Source: Paramecium tetraurelia (Eukaryota). Taken from it: a DNA stretch of 64,000 nucleotides. The translations under genes were made by a program, and so were the position numbers. Below, in pieces: positions 51,772 through 63,201 of this stretch. The stretch's first letter is position 1, and each line of letters starts with the position of its first letter. Under the pieces are notes generated by a model. That model searched no databases, was not told the DNA's origin, and worked only from the letters and a program-made list of their open reading frames with translations. The stretch spans positions 124,001-188,000 of the forward strand of contig CT868196.1 in NCBI GenBank assembly GCA_000165425.1, in the 5' to 3' direction.

Positions 51772-52619
51772 GATTATTATTATGATTATAATTCAATTTA
51801 ATAAAAATAAGGCCATTATTTGCCGCTTAATATGAGATTACCACCTCTATATGCAATCCCATTTAACACCTTGTTAAACATAGGGTCTGTATACCCTTTG
51901 CCCTTCACACTCTCAACATCCTAGATCAATGCAGTAAAGTCAAGAACATCCATCAACTTCCCATCATGTGGATCTATCTAAGCAATCAATGGAGTCTCAT
52001 AAATGTTGGCTAGAACAGTGCCATCTCCAATGATTTCTAATTCATTCAGTTTATTGAGTGCTTCTCCATTCCCTAAACGTACGCTTACTGTTTTCTTAAC
52101 CTTAAAGTCACTTGGATCAACATGATACAATCTATTTGTTCCGTCTGATATTAAGAGCATCGCATCCCCCTCATTATTCCTATAGGAGGTCATCCCCCAT
52201 CCTTCCTAGATTTCTCCTGGAATTTCCAATTCTTTAACTAATTGCAAATTGCTATCCAATTGAAATGCTTTTCTCTCCTTCCAAGTCAACATATAGATTT
52301 CATCTTTACCGTTTTTGTTTTTAATTTTTGAACATCCCTCACCGAAATACTGTTTACCTATAGGCTAACGTAATTTGAGTTCTATTTTCTTTTTGTCAAA
52401 GACATTATCGACATAATGTATCTCAGAATCGCCATATAAACCTGTACTCTCTAATAAAACATCATCTGAAAAAAAGGAGAGGCCTTCTGTAAAGAACAGC
52501 AAATCTGCTGGTCTCTATATTTTATCCTTTATTATATAAGAGACTTTGTCAGACGCCTTAAAAACAGTAGGATCTTGACTAAATGATTAAAATAGTAGTG
52601 AAATGAAAATTAAAAACAT
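51768..52619 (-). CDS. Glutaminyl cyclase, type I (plant/bacterial beta-propeller glutamine cyclotransferase), secreted
   Basis: Signal peptide; FTEGL, LLESTGLYG, YFGEG, LTWKE, EGWGMT, ISDGT, LNELE, ANIYE, VLNGIAY, SGKQWP; intronless. Confidence 0.93.
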
Positions 52620-52936
52620 ATTTAATTATAATATCCAAATATAAGTAAAATTTGAATTTCAAAATATTACTCAACACCATCTTCATTAGCCATAAAGCAT
52701 CAAACTTTTGGCTTTTATTGGACATCAAAAAAATAACGAGTTTTAAGAACATTAAATTACAAATATGGAATTTGAAATAAAAAAAGAAATAAAGTTATGG
52801 CTTTGTACTTGATATTCAAAAATTTAAATTATCTTTCAATATTGAGATGTGCGGCAAATTAATGTCAATTGAATTTGAAGTATGCGCTAGGAATATATGT
52901 GTATATCTTGGGTTTGGGTGACAAAATGTCATAGCT

Positions 52937-53010
52937 GCCCTTGTAGCTCAGTTGGTTAGAGCGCGAGTCTCATAATCTCGAGGTCGTGGGATCGACCCCC
53001 ACCAAAGGCA
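52937..53010 (+). tRNA. tRNA-Met (CAT), elongator-type
   Basis: Cloverleaf: acceptor GCCCTTG/CAAAGGC, D-arm GCTC/GAGC, anticodon arm CGAGT-CTCATAA-TCTCG, T-arm GTGGG-ATCGACC-CCCAC, discriminator A. Confidence 0.93.
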
Positions 53011-53014
53011 GATA

Positions 53015-53021
53015 TTTTTTT
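53015..53021 (+). terminator. Pol III oligo-T terminator of the tRNA gene
   Basis: T7 run beginning 5 nt after the tRNA 3' end. Confidence 0.7.
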
Positions 53022-53075
53022 AATTATGCTGCATGTAATTAATAATTAATTTATTAACTAATATAATTGTTAGTA

Positions 53076-54210
53076 ATGTAAAAGGTATAAAAATTCAATT
53101 TTTGGGGTATTTTCAAGACCTAAATTACACATTTTTGATAAGGGTGCTAAACACACTCTATCAGGAATCAGAGCAACTATTCATGGTGGTCCTAGTTTTT
53201 CAGGAATTTATATGGGTGGTATACTTGGAAATATAGGATCAGAGTTGATATTTCCTCACAATCACTAATAAGGATTAAAATAAGATGAAGATATAATTAT
53301 GAAGATCATCTAAGAGAATTGAAGACATCATCAGGACCTGGTTAAAATTGGTTATTGCACGAAATGAATTATGATAACAAGAGATGATAGAGTGAACAAT
53401 GAAGAATTCAAATGTAGGTCCAAGAAATCATTTAAACAATAGAAAGGATTTTGAATGGATCAATATCACTGTACCTAAAAGAATTGCTGAAGCCTGTGCT
53501 AAAAACCCAAGAGTAATCAGATTTATTCATTTTTCTGCTTGTGGTGCGAATCCTCATCCCGAATCCTTAGATTTATAAACTAAATACATAGGTGAATAGG
53601 AATTAGAGCATGAAATTAATATAGATTTTAAATGCTTTTCCAAATGCCACCATATTCAGACCAAGTGTGATTGTAGGAGACAATGATGATTTTGCATATC
53701 ATTGGTAGGTTCAGAAGAGACACTTCCATAATTTCAATATTGTACCAGATAACTGTTAAGCAAAAAAGACAGCCTGTAAGAAAAGAGAAATATAATAGAT
53801 TTTTGTTCAAGATGTATTCTTAAGCTATGTTGAATGTTTTGAAAATGCCAGAGACTATAGAATAAACCTATGAATTGGGAGGTCCTCATGTTTATACTTT
53901 GTTGGAATATTATGAAATGTTTCATAATATTGTTCAAAGACCGCTAAAATTGGCACACATTGATAAATAACTATTACTAAAGATCGGTAAATACTTTTAA
54001 ATATATAAATTAGCTTAATATATTCCAAATTGGAAGTATTTCAATATAGATTATATCTTAAAACACGGAGATGATATGGTCGTTTAAGTTGGATCAAAAA
54101 TAATTGATGATTTATGCGTTAGACCATTGTAGTTAACACAAGCACTTTAGAATATCTTCTGGGATATTCAGGCTCGTTATGGTGGATCAAGTGAATTATA
54201 TAAAAGATGA
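53076..54210 (+). pseudogene. NDUFA9: NADH:ubiquinone oxidoreductase 39 kDa subunit (NDUFA9) pseudogene
   Basis: Recognisable SGIRATIHGG, IAEAC...RFIHFSACGA, NAFPNATIFRPSVIVG, QPIFVQDV, TYELGGPHVYT. Carries an in-frame TGA (53393), frameshifts and lost splice donors. Confidence 0.85.
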
Positions 54211-54263
54211 TTATCACATAGTGGGTTATCGAAAAAACGATTAGAAATAATAATAATATTTAT

Positions 54264-56852
54264 TCATAAATATCTCTTTAGTATTTCCTGAAGTTCTATT
54301 TCGCTTACAGGTTTTGTGATATAATCTGACATTCCTGCATCTAAGCACTTCTTTTTGTCTTAGTAATCGGAATAGCCACTGCAGCCGATAACGATCTAAC
54401 TAGGATTGAGAGCCAGTATTTATTTAGTGGTTTGAATTCCATTCAAAATGGGCATTTCTACATCCATGAATATGAGTTTGTATCCTTGGCATGAATTGTT
54501 GCACTTTTTGTTTTTCACTTTTTCTATAGACTCCTTTCCAGAAAGAGCAGATTCTACATCAATTTGTTGGTTATTGTTTTTCAGAACTCCTTTTAAAATT
54601 TTGTTGAAGGCATAAACATTAAAGCATTCATCATCAACAATCAAACAGTGAGTACAATACGAAATAATATCCTGAGTTATTTTCTATTACTCTTGGTTCA
54701 ATGTAATAATGTCATCAACGTCCTGACAAAGAGGATAGACTTCAGGAATTTTAAAGATTGCCACTTTTTTTTTTTCAGGTAATTCTATTAGCATATCGAA
54801 ATAAAAGAACGAATAATGATTGTCTTCATCTTTTTTAGATTCTATATTCAACCCAGTGCATCCGATAGTTTAGGCAATCTGATTGCTGATAACTAATCCC
54901 AAACCAACCCCTTGTTCATTTAACTTTCTGCTTTCCTCTGAATTAACTTTAGAGAATGCCTTAAATAACATCTATTGCTCCTCATTACTGATCCCGATGC
55001 CATCATCTCTAACTCCAATTCTCAAAAAAGCAGACTAAAGCGAGATGATAACTTCTATTCTGCTACACGTGAATTTGAATGCATTGCTTAATAGATTCAC
55101 AATGATTTGTTTCAACCTATTCTTGTCTGACATTATGAGCTTTGGGATATTGTTACTGAATTCTGTTAATAACTAAAGGTCTTTCAATCTAGCCTTCAAG
55201 GCAAACATTTTGATGCAATCTTTAATTAAATTCTCGATATTAATAGATACCTTATTTATTTTGAATTTGCCATTCTTAATTTAAGCCAAATCCAATAAAT
55301 CATTGGACAAATTTAACATATATTTGGAATTGTCCAAAGCTATTTATAGATTCTCAGCTATTTCTTAATTACTTTTTATGATCGGATTCAAGAGAACACA
55401 TTCGATCATCTGTATGATGCAGCCTAATGGTTGCCGGTATTCGTGACTCACAAATGATAGCATCTTCGATTTCTAAATATCATAATCCTTTAAATATCTT
55501 ATTTTTTATCTATGTGTTACATCTCTACAAATTATTAATATGCTCCTATCTTTAGTAAGGGTCAAAGTGAACTCCATCAATCTTTCATTTTATTCATGTC
55601 TGGATTAACCTCCTGCATTAGATTAAGAGATTGTTATATTTTTATTTGTGTTTAATGATATGCTTCCACTAAAATGAGTATTCACTGTTATAACATCAGT
55701 TCTCCTGGCTTATATCATTCTTTCAAGTAAGTCTTTCATACTGATAGTTTGATATTTATCAAACATTTAAAAGTCTAAAAGTGGCTATTTCACTGAACAA
55801 AACAGTTCCTTCTAAAGAAAGATAGATTTGCATAGGCGAGAATGTTATAAGTTCGATAATCGTTATTGAACAGATTCCCTTCTCGAACTAGGATCATCTG
55901 AGATATCTTAACCTTAAATATGCAGAGTATTTAAACTCTCCAAGATATACAATATCTCTCCTTCCTATTCACGACCAAATAGAATTCTGGTGGCATTATT
56001 TACATACTGTATTTTGTAAGACTGAGTCTTCTCATCTTATATATCCAATACTATTAAGCCTTCTTATAAAAAGTCAAGAGAATTATAAATAATTTCTGAA
56101 TTGATATAATGTTATTAAATATTGCTAAAATTATTGCACAGTATTCTTGCGCTCTCCTTTGATTGATCTAATATAAAATTTTTATCACTGTCAGCCACAG
56201 AAACCACTCTTTTGGCTAAGCTGTCCAGTTTCTGCATAGGCCCGCCATCAATTGGAATTGTTGTATTCAATTAACTTTGGTTTTTCTTTTTCAATGTCAC
56301 ATTCTGTTAGAAGGACAGTAATAAACACAACATTAATTGTGGTTACTCTAAGCCAAACTTGCTCACAGTGTGTAAATATATTTACTAAAATGCGCATACC
56401 AGGATCATTAAACCATAATAGAAAAACATGGGGTTTATTAAAAGCTGATTTTATGTCCTCACTTATTTAATCAGATCTTTTGAAAGGTATTAACATATTA
56501 TTAATTAAGCGTAAGAAGCGTGGTTTAAGTTTTCGTAATTCAGAATTATTAGACAGATCAAATCTATTTGAATACAGAATATAGTTCCAATGATTTTCAC
56601 TCTCAATTTAGCATAATGAAATAGTAATACAATAGGGAATATCAAGCATAGGATTACCAAACATAATAAATTACTTGTATTCCTACTTTCGAGGTAGAAA
56701 TAAACGGAGTAACAAAATGACATCCAATGAATTGCTTATACTTTCACAAATTATCTGTCCATCATATTCTAAAGTCCTTGGCTTTTCGATAAAATATTAA
56801 AATAAAAACTAATTATTACAACATAAAATAATCACTTTCCCTCTTCAGACAT
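54264..56852 (-). CDS. Hybrid sensor histidine kinase (TM + HisKA + HATPase + receiver)
   Basis: H-box VSHEYRQPLG; N-box RLKQIIVNLLSNAFKFT; G1 VRDDGIGIS; G2 GVGLGLVIS; receiver LIVDDECFN...IFMDVEMPILNG...GCSG...TKP. Start approximate. Confidence 0.92.
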
Positions 56853-57143
56853 TTCTTTTTATCTTGTCTAAGTTGTATATACGTTACCATCCTAATTTAT
56901 TATATTAAAAAAACAAATTAATTTCATCATCACACCAGCAATTTCGAAATTTTAAGAAATATACTTTCCCATTTACCTCTCCAATTCAAAAATAGAACAC
57001 TACTTATTCACTTCCATTATTTTCCTGTTTCATCTTTCTCATAACCATCTGCTCAAATTCATTCCCACCCAAACAATAAATACAAAAATAATTGATTAGA
57101 TCTAAGAATTTTAAGAGACAATTTATTGAGAAATAAGATAATC

Positions 57144-57584
57144 TCATGATTATGATTGATTATTATTATAATGATCACGAGATGGAATGCTGAAATTATA
57201 GATGATTTGCCTATGCAATTCTGAATCTAATGTAATCTTCTCCATTTAAAATTGAATGACGCTTAACATTTCTTTGTTTTTATCTTGATCCACATCTCCC
57301 AATACCTTCTTCACCCATCTACTGTTGTATTTATTCAGTCGTTTTTGGATTTATTGTGCCTTGTTCAACTACTGAAACTTAAGAACTTTGCTATTGTTTT
57401 ACAAAGCTTCCCTTTCTGATTTCAATATTTTTATTGCATTCTATATATCAGCTGTCTAATTTAACGCATTTGTTATCTATTCGACTGTATAATCATTTCC
57501 TAATATCATCTGAATTTATTCAAGAGGCGATTTCTCAGGCTTTTTTGATCCTTTAATAGGCAAGGGCTTCTTAGCAAAACTCAT
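57144..57584 (-). CDS. Small protein with possible UBA/CUE-like helical bundle (146 aa)
   Basis: MSFAKKPLPIKGSKKPEKSPLEQIQMILGNDYTVEQITNALNQTADIQNAIKIL...; ends NNNQSQS*. Confidence 0.6.
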
Positions 57585-57629
57585 AACAAATTTATAATTA
57601 TTTTCAACTAATTAAAAATAACATTCAAA

Positions 57630-59628
57630 TCATCTCCTATAACGAGGCTTCTTGAAATTAAACCATAAATGAAGGATTCCCCTAGAAAAGACTGATTTAA
57701 AACCCATACGATCAGAATAATCCCACTCCTTGCATAAAATTTAAAATGCTAAATCCTCATACGGAGGACCAGCAATAAATCTGATAATGCAATAATCTGG
57801 ATTCTCACAAGTTTCCAAAGTGTATTTAGGAGCCTTAAAATTAATAACATCAGAAATAATACTTAAGTTTTATCTATCAATTCTGGATAGAAGACATTAA
57901 ATTTGTATCCTTGAATAGTCTTGGGAGGGGGATTGTCAACATCATAATGAGTTTTATTATACATATTCCAATCGAAACCCATTTTAACTCTGTTGAAATA
58001 TTAAGGACGCTTCAACTTATATTTTTAACTCCATGATGGTTCTTGTCTTTAGGGTACAACTTCATTAAAATATACTTCATCTTCTTCTAATGGCTTTGAT
58101 CTTTCATATTCAAACATTTATTGTGCCAAAATATCTAATCCTTCAACATTATCTTCTAGTTTTCTATTATTTGGAATTGAAAATTCAGGCAATTTATTTT
58201 ATTTTCCCTTTTATTTTTCCTTTTCTTTTTCCTTCTCTTTCTTCTTCTTCAATTATTATTTTTCTAATTCGATTTTGGCATTGTTTAGGAATTCTGTTAA
58301 AATTGTAATTCTCTAATCAGTTAGTTATTTCAAATCATCATTTTCCAATATAAATTCATCACAATCAACAGGATCTGGACTTACACATTCATATTCTGTT
58401 TATTCTTAAATTTCAACCTAATAATGATATTTTTCTGTGGCATTTCTTTCTACATTGATTTATATATCCTTTGTATTGATTCCTACATCCAATACTAATT
58501 AATTGTCTTACCTCATACTCTTATACTTTAGATCCTTGCAAAAAACCTTATAATAATTTTTTAATATAGTTTTAGCCTTAATAACCTTTAATTTCTTTAA
58601 AATCTTTTCCCAATAATCAAAATCTATTTTGTATTCAGCTCCATAATTCAACATCTGATTGATCTCTCCCTCCAATTCATCTAATCCTTCTCTTGACTTG
58701 CCTTAAAACATCTTCTTGATATCCTATTTGAATTCACTCTGTATTCCGAATTTTGGACATTTTGGATCTTTTTCTTTTTGTTCTCTCCACTCTACTTCTG
58801 CTTAAGCTATTGATATTATGGATGCCCAATAATCTTAGAAATTACTTTTATTGTCTATTTCTATGGCAAATTATTTCTTTGATTCATTCAGTATTACTTT
58901 TTGATCCTCATGACCTAGAGTCTTGATAAATTAAGATGGATTATGCATAATTTATTCTAATTGCTTCTGATGCCCAATTTAACCCTAAATTTATATTATA
59001 TATATTATACTTTATATATGCAACAAATTCTAACAAATTTATCAAAGGGAAGTTCTCTTTATTATTGGATTCTAATCAAAGGTCTCAGCTTTTCAACCTT
59101 CTCAAAAAATGCATCCTCATTATCAATCCACTGTTTATAGTTTTCCATTTGTCTTTCTTTATTTAATCTATTTTTCTCTTCCTCCAATTTTATTTTTTCT
59201 TCCTATTTCTTCTACCTTTAAGATTTTAATTTTTCTATCTCTTTCAACATATCATCTAATTTCTCTTTCAATTCATGCTCAGATATTCCATGCAGACCTT
59301 TCTCATCTAACTTACTCTTCCAGATTAAAGACTTAGCTAAATTTTTATCACCATAAGGGTTGTCCTAATCAGTATAACCAATTTTTTATAAATACTTCTG
59401 CTTCATCTTATCTAATGAAGCATAAGCCTTTAACAGTTGATTTTTTGATTGCATCTTACTACTTTTTTAATATTTCTTTATTGATTAGTGTTTTCTTGAA
59501 CTTCTTGATCTAGATGACGAAGAAGATGATGATGAAGGTGAGGAAGAAGATGATGAAAATGATAGTGATTCAGCAGATGATGCTGAAGAGGATTCATTTG
59601 CTTGTTTTCTTTTTAAAAATTCTGTCAT
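57630..59628 (-). CDS. CACTIN: Cactin (spliceosome-associated)
   Basis: Ser-rich N-terminus; GYTDQDNPYGDKNL; C-terminal domain QYFNRVKMGFDWNMYNKTHYDVDNPPPKTIQGYKFNVFYPELID...IRFIAGPPYEDLAF...FNFKKPRYRR*. Confidence 0.95.
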
Positions 59629-59689
59629 TTATTAAATTAATAAATATATATATATATAATGTTAATTTAAATATTTTTCATCCATTCAT

Positions 59690-61224
59690 TATTAATTACT
59701 TCATTGATTGTGATAAGAAACCCAGAATTTCAAATCTTCCTAATTATAATTACCTTTATTTCTTTGAATACATATTTTATTATCCTAAGCTTTAAAGACA
59801 CAAATATATTGAGGAAGTTAATTCTTTTTCCTCTTATTTTAATACTTTATTAAAGGTTTGTTGATAATTATAAGAAATAGCCAGCTCCTCATCAAAAGTG
59901 TGGAAGAACTGAAATCTGGCTTGTTCCCTTTTAGAGGAATTTATACTAAAGGTTTACAATAGGAAAAATAAGATTTATAACATCATTTTACATATTTTAT
60001 TTTCATGAAACTGAAATTTCTTCAAGAGTGAATCAATATTAAGTAATTTGTTATTCTTGATAATTTCGTCATTATTAATAAAGGTATATAGATCGAATTA
60101 TTTATAATTGAAAGAAGGTTTTCAATATGTATAGCTTAAAATTCTAATTAGCAAAATATGAGTAAAAAGTAAACAAATTAAATTTACATTAATTTTTAAG
60201 TTAAATATTGCGAAAGCATATTTATAGAATATTATAATTATAAAACTAAACAATATATTTCACCTTAAGTGTTACAAATCAGAATCTGATAATGGAACTA
60301 GAATATACAAATTTTCTATAAATAAATAGTCAAATTTTACAATTCTAATGATTTATGGCTTGTGTAAAGTTTTTTTCTAAATATTGAATTTTAATAACTA
60401 AAATGTATGAATTTTAATTTCATGATAATTTTAAATCAGAATAAATGTTTTTTTTTAAGTTAAATGAAAAATTAAATATTAAGTTAAGATCAAACCCTTA
60501 AAAGAATTTTATCAATAATATTTCATGCCTTAATTTACTAGACTTTTGCTAGATTTAAGAATTCTAGATATATTATATTAATTCTGTTTTTAAGAAAATT
60601 AATACAAAAATTTAATTAAAATTTTTTTCTTAAGAATACGAAAAGTTTTAAAAAATTTGGATTTGAATGTTCGATAAGATGTTTATTAAATTTCAAAGAT
60701 TATTTCTTAGAGATAAAGTCATGTCAAGAATTCATATTCCTTTGTAGTTCTACAACTTTATAATGATAAATTGTTGCATAGGAGCAAATGCAACTATTGC
60801 CATGGCAAGCTTCTTAAAAAAATTGATTGCATCAACAACTTGTAGGACATATTATGTCGATTTAAATGCTTATTTTTCCCTTTAGAAAATCGTAATTATA
60901 TTAAATTTTAAACTAGATTTTGAAAAGTAATTTGGTGTTATTTGATTTTAAACTTGAGTTGAGCAATAGTTGATTGAATAGCTTATTTAGGTCTCATAAA
61001 TGTGAAATAGACTGAACATTATTAAAAATTGAACATAATTAATGATTTTATATTAAATATTATTTTATATGGTATTTGATATAATTAGTATTTAGTTTTT
61101 ATTGATGGAAATTAATATCGGAAATTTTTATAAATTTGGTGAATTCATAGAGGAGGACACTTAAATTATAAAAGAGTATAAATCTATGATTTAGATGAAA
61201 GACAATTTTGAAAAAAAATATTGA
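59690..61224. pseudogene. Possible decayed gene remnants (minus ~59700-60150, plus ~60720-61224)
   Basis: Partial code-6 frames (e.g. IDGINIGNFYKFGEFIEEDTQIIKEYKSM) without an intact gene model. Confidence 0.3.
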
Positions 61225-61275
61225 TAATGACATATATGATATATTTGTGTTTATAATTTAATAAGCTTAATGTAA

Positions 61276-61820
61276 TCAGATTTTGAATAGATTTTTATTA
61301 ATCGCATGTTTTCCTTTCAAGTGACTTGTCTTTTATTTAATTTTTGAATTGTAAATGTAGCTGACACAATCTTTTCTCAAAAATTTATTACTAAATATAT
61401 AAATCAATATTTACCACAACATTCTAAATAGTCGGATGAATTCTTCATCTCTTGTATAGTTGTTTATATGTGATAAATTTCTGATTTTATTTTAGATTTT
61501 GGTTATGAATCTGAAGAAATATGTGGCTTTTTTTTAACCCAATTCCTTAACGATACTTGAATTTTGTTATTTAATATATAAAATGACAGCCCGGGCATAG
61601 TTTTTCTGTAAATTAGTTGAGCCCTTCAACTGATTAACAATATTATTTCTATCAGAATTTTCGTTCGAACACATAACTTTATAATCTTCATCTTTGTCAT
61701 CTTAATCATCAATATCAAAATCAAAATTATGACTATCCTAGGCTTCAGGTGGCTTTGTTTCCTCTAGATTTTGTTTTTTTATGATGTTAAAACAATTCTA
61801 ATTCGAAATTTCTTATTCAT
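61276..61820 (-). CDS. Ciliate-family protein, same C-terminal domain family as 10976-12129
   Basis: STNLQKNYARAVILYI...LFRMLC[24-nt intron]NKFLRKDCVSYIYNSKIKQKTSHLKGK...FKI*. Confidence 0.75.
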
Positions 61821-63201
61821 TTATTTAAGGTTAGGTTTAAACAACGATTTATTATGGATAGAAAAAGTAGGGATTGTAAATTTACATTGGATAATAACAA
61901 AACATAGGTTGAGAGGGAATGTTATAATTCTACATTGAGGTTGTTTGGTTTTGCAAATTATATTAATGAAATTATTTACGTTTCTTCTACGATAAAAATA
62001 CCAAATTTATTAACAAATCAAAATCTTTCTTTATAAGAAGGATCCTTTATCGGTTATTTGTGAAAAAAGTATTCTTCTAAAACTGAGAGAAATTATTTAA
62101 TGAGGTTAAAACAAATTTTTTTACTTTTACACATATCTAGAAATGCGATATTTTCTATCTTCTTAGGATAAAGTTAAAGAACTATGTTTTAATCTAATTT
62201 TCAACTTTTTAACCCCAAAATCCTCCACTTAGAATATAAACTGTTTTGTGATGTAACTGACATATAAAAAATATTTCGGTTACATCAAGTACATAATATT
62301 TTTTTTTTTTAATATTCATCTACAAAAAGATATCTATATTGACAATATAGATTTTGAACATGAAAGCATTGGAAAAATAGAAAATAAGACATATTCCCAG
62401 TTGTTTTTAAGGTTGACACATATAAAATATAATTTTAGAATTAATATACTTTATCTTGTCATAACTTTTTTAATATTACCAAAGAGGTTGTCTATAAGAA
62501 TCCTCTTATTTTTTCATATACTAGAATTCAATATTTAGAATTTTCTTCTTAACATTTCATGAAGGTGTAAAATAATTACAATTAATTTATATTTAAATAA
62601 AATTCTCAATAATTAATATACCTTCTTTCAGTCGTTAAATTATCCAACCCATTTATTAAATAAGAGTATATTTTTATTTTATTTTAATTTAATTTGTTTT
62701 ATGTTTTTTTAACTATTTAACAATTACTTAAAATTTAGTTAATAGGTCATCAAATTCAAATTTGTCTCTTAATAAGATTTTTTCATGGAATTCCTTTTAG
62801 ATAAGAATGTTGTTTAAAGATTTCAAATTATTCAGATATTGAACTTACTGATCATCGATTTGTGTTAACTTATTCTTACAACTAATTATATGATTGCACA
62901 AAATTAGGAATTTTTAATCTAATTTTTCTAAATTTCTTTTTATAAGGTATGGTTGAGGATTTTCTTTATTATAAGATGTCTCTGCGATTGTTTTTGCAAT
63001 CTACAACATTTTATTTGGCTAAGTATTTATCAAGAATTATTCAATATAGAAGCTAATTATTTGATATTAATTGATTTTAATGAATAGCATTTTATTTTTT
63101 TTCTTTGGTTCTACCTTAATTCACAATCATTCTTCTCTCAACTAACTTATAAACAATTAACAAGAAATAAATGACAAAAGTCATGCATTAATTAATTATT
63201 T

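Noticed and set aside
59515..59590. GAT/GAA-rich repeat as a separate element or acidic ORF
   Set aside because: It is the antisense of the poly-Ser N-terminus of cactin.
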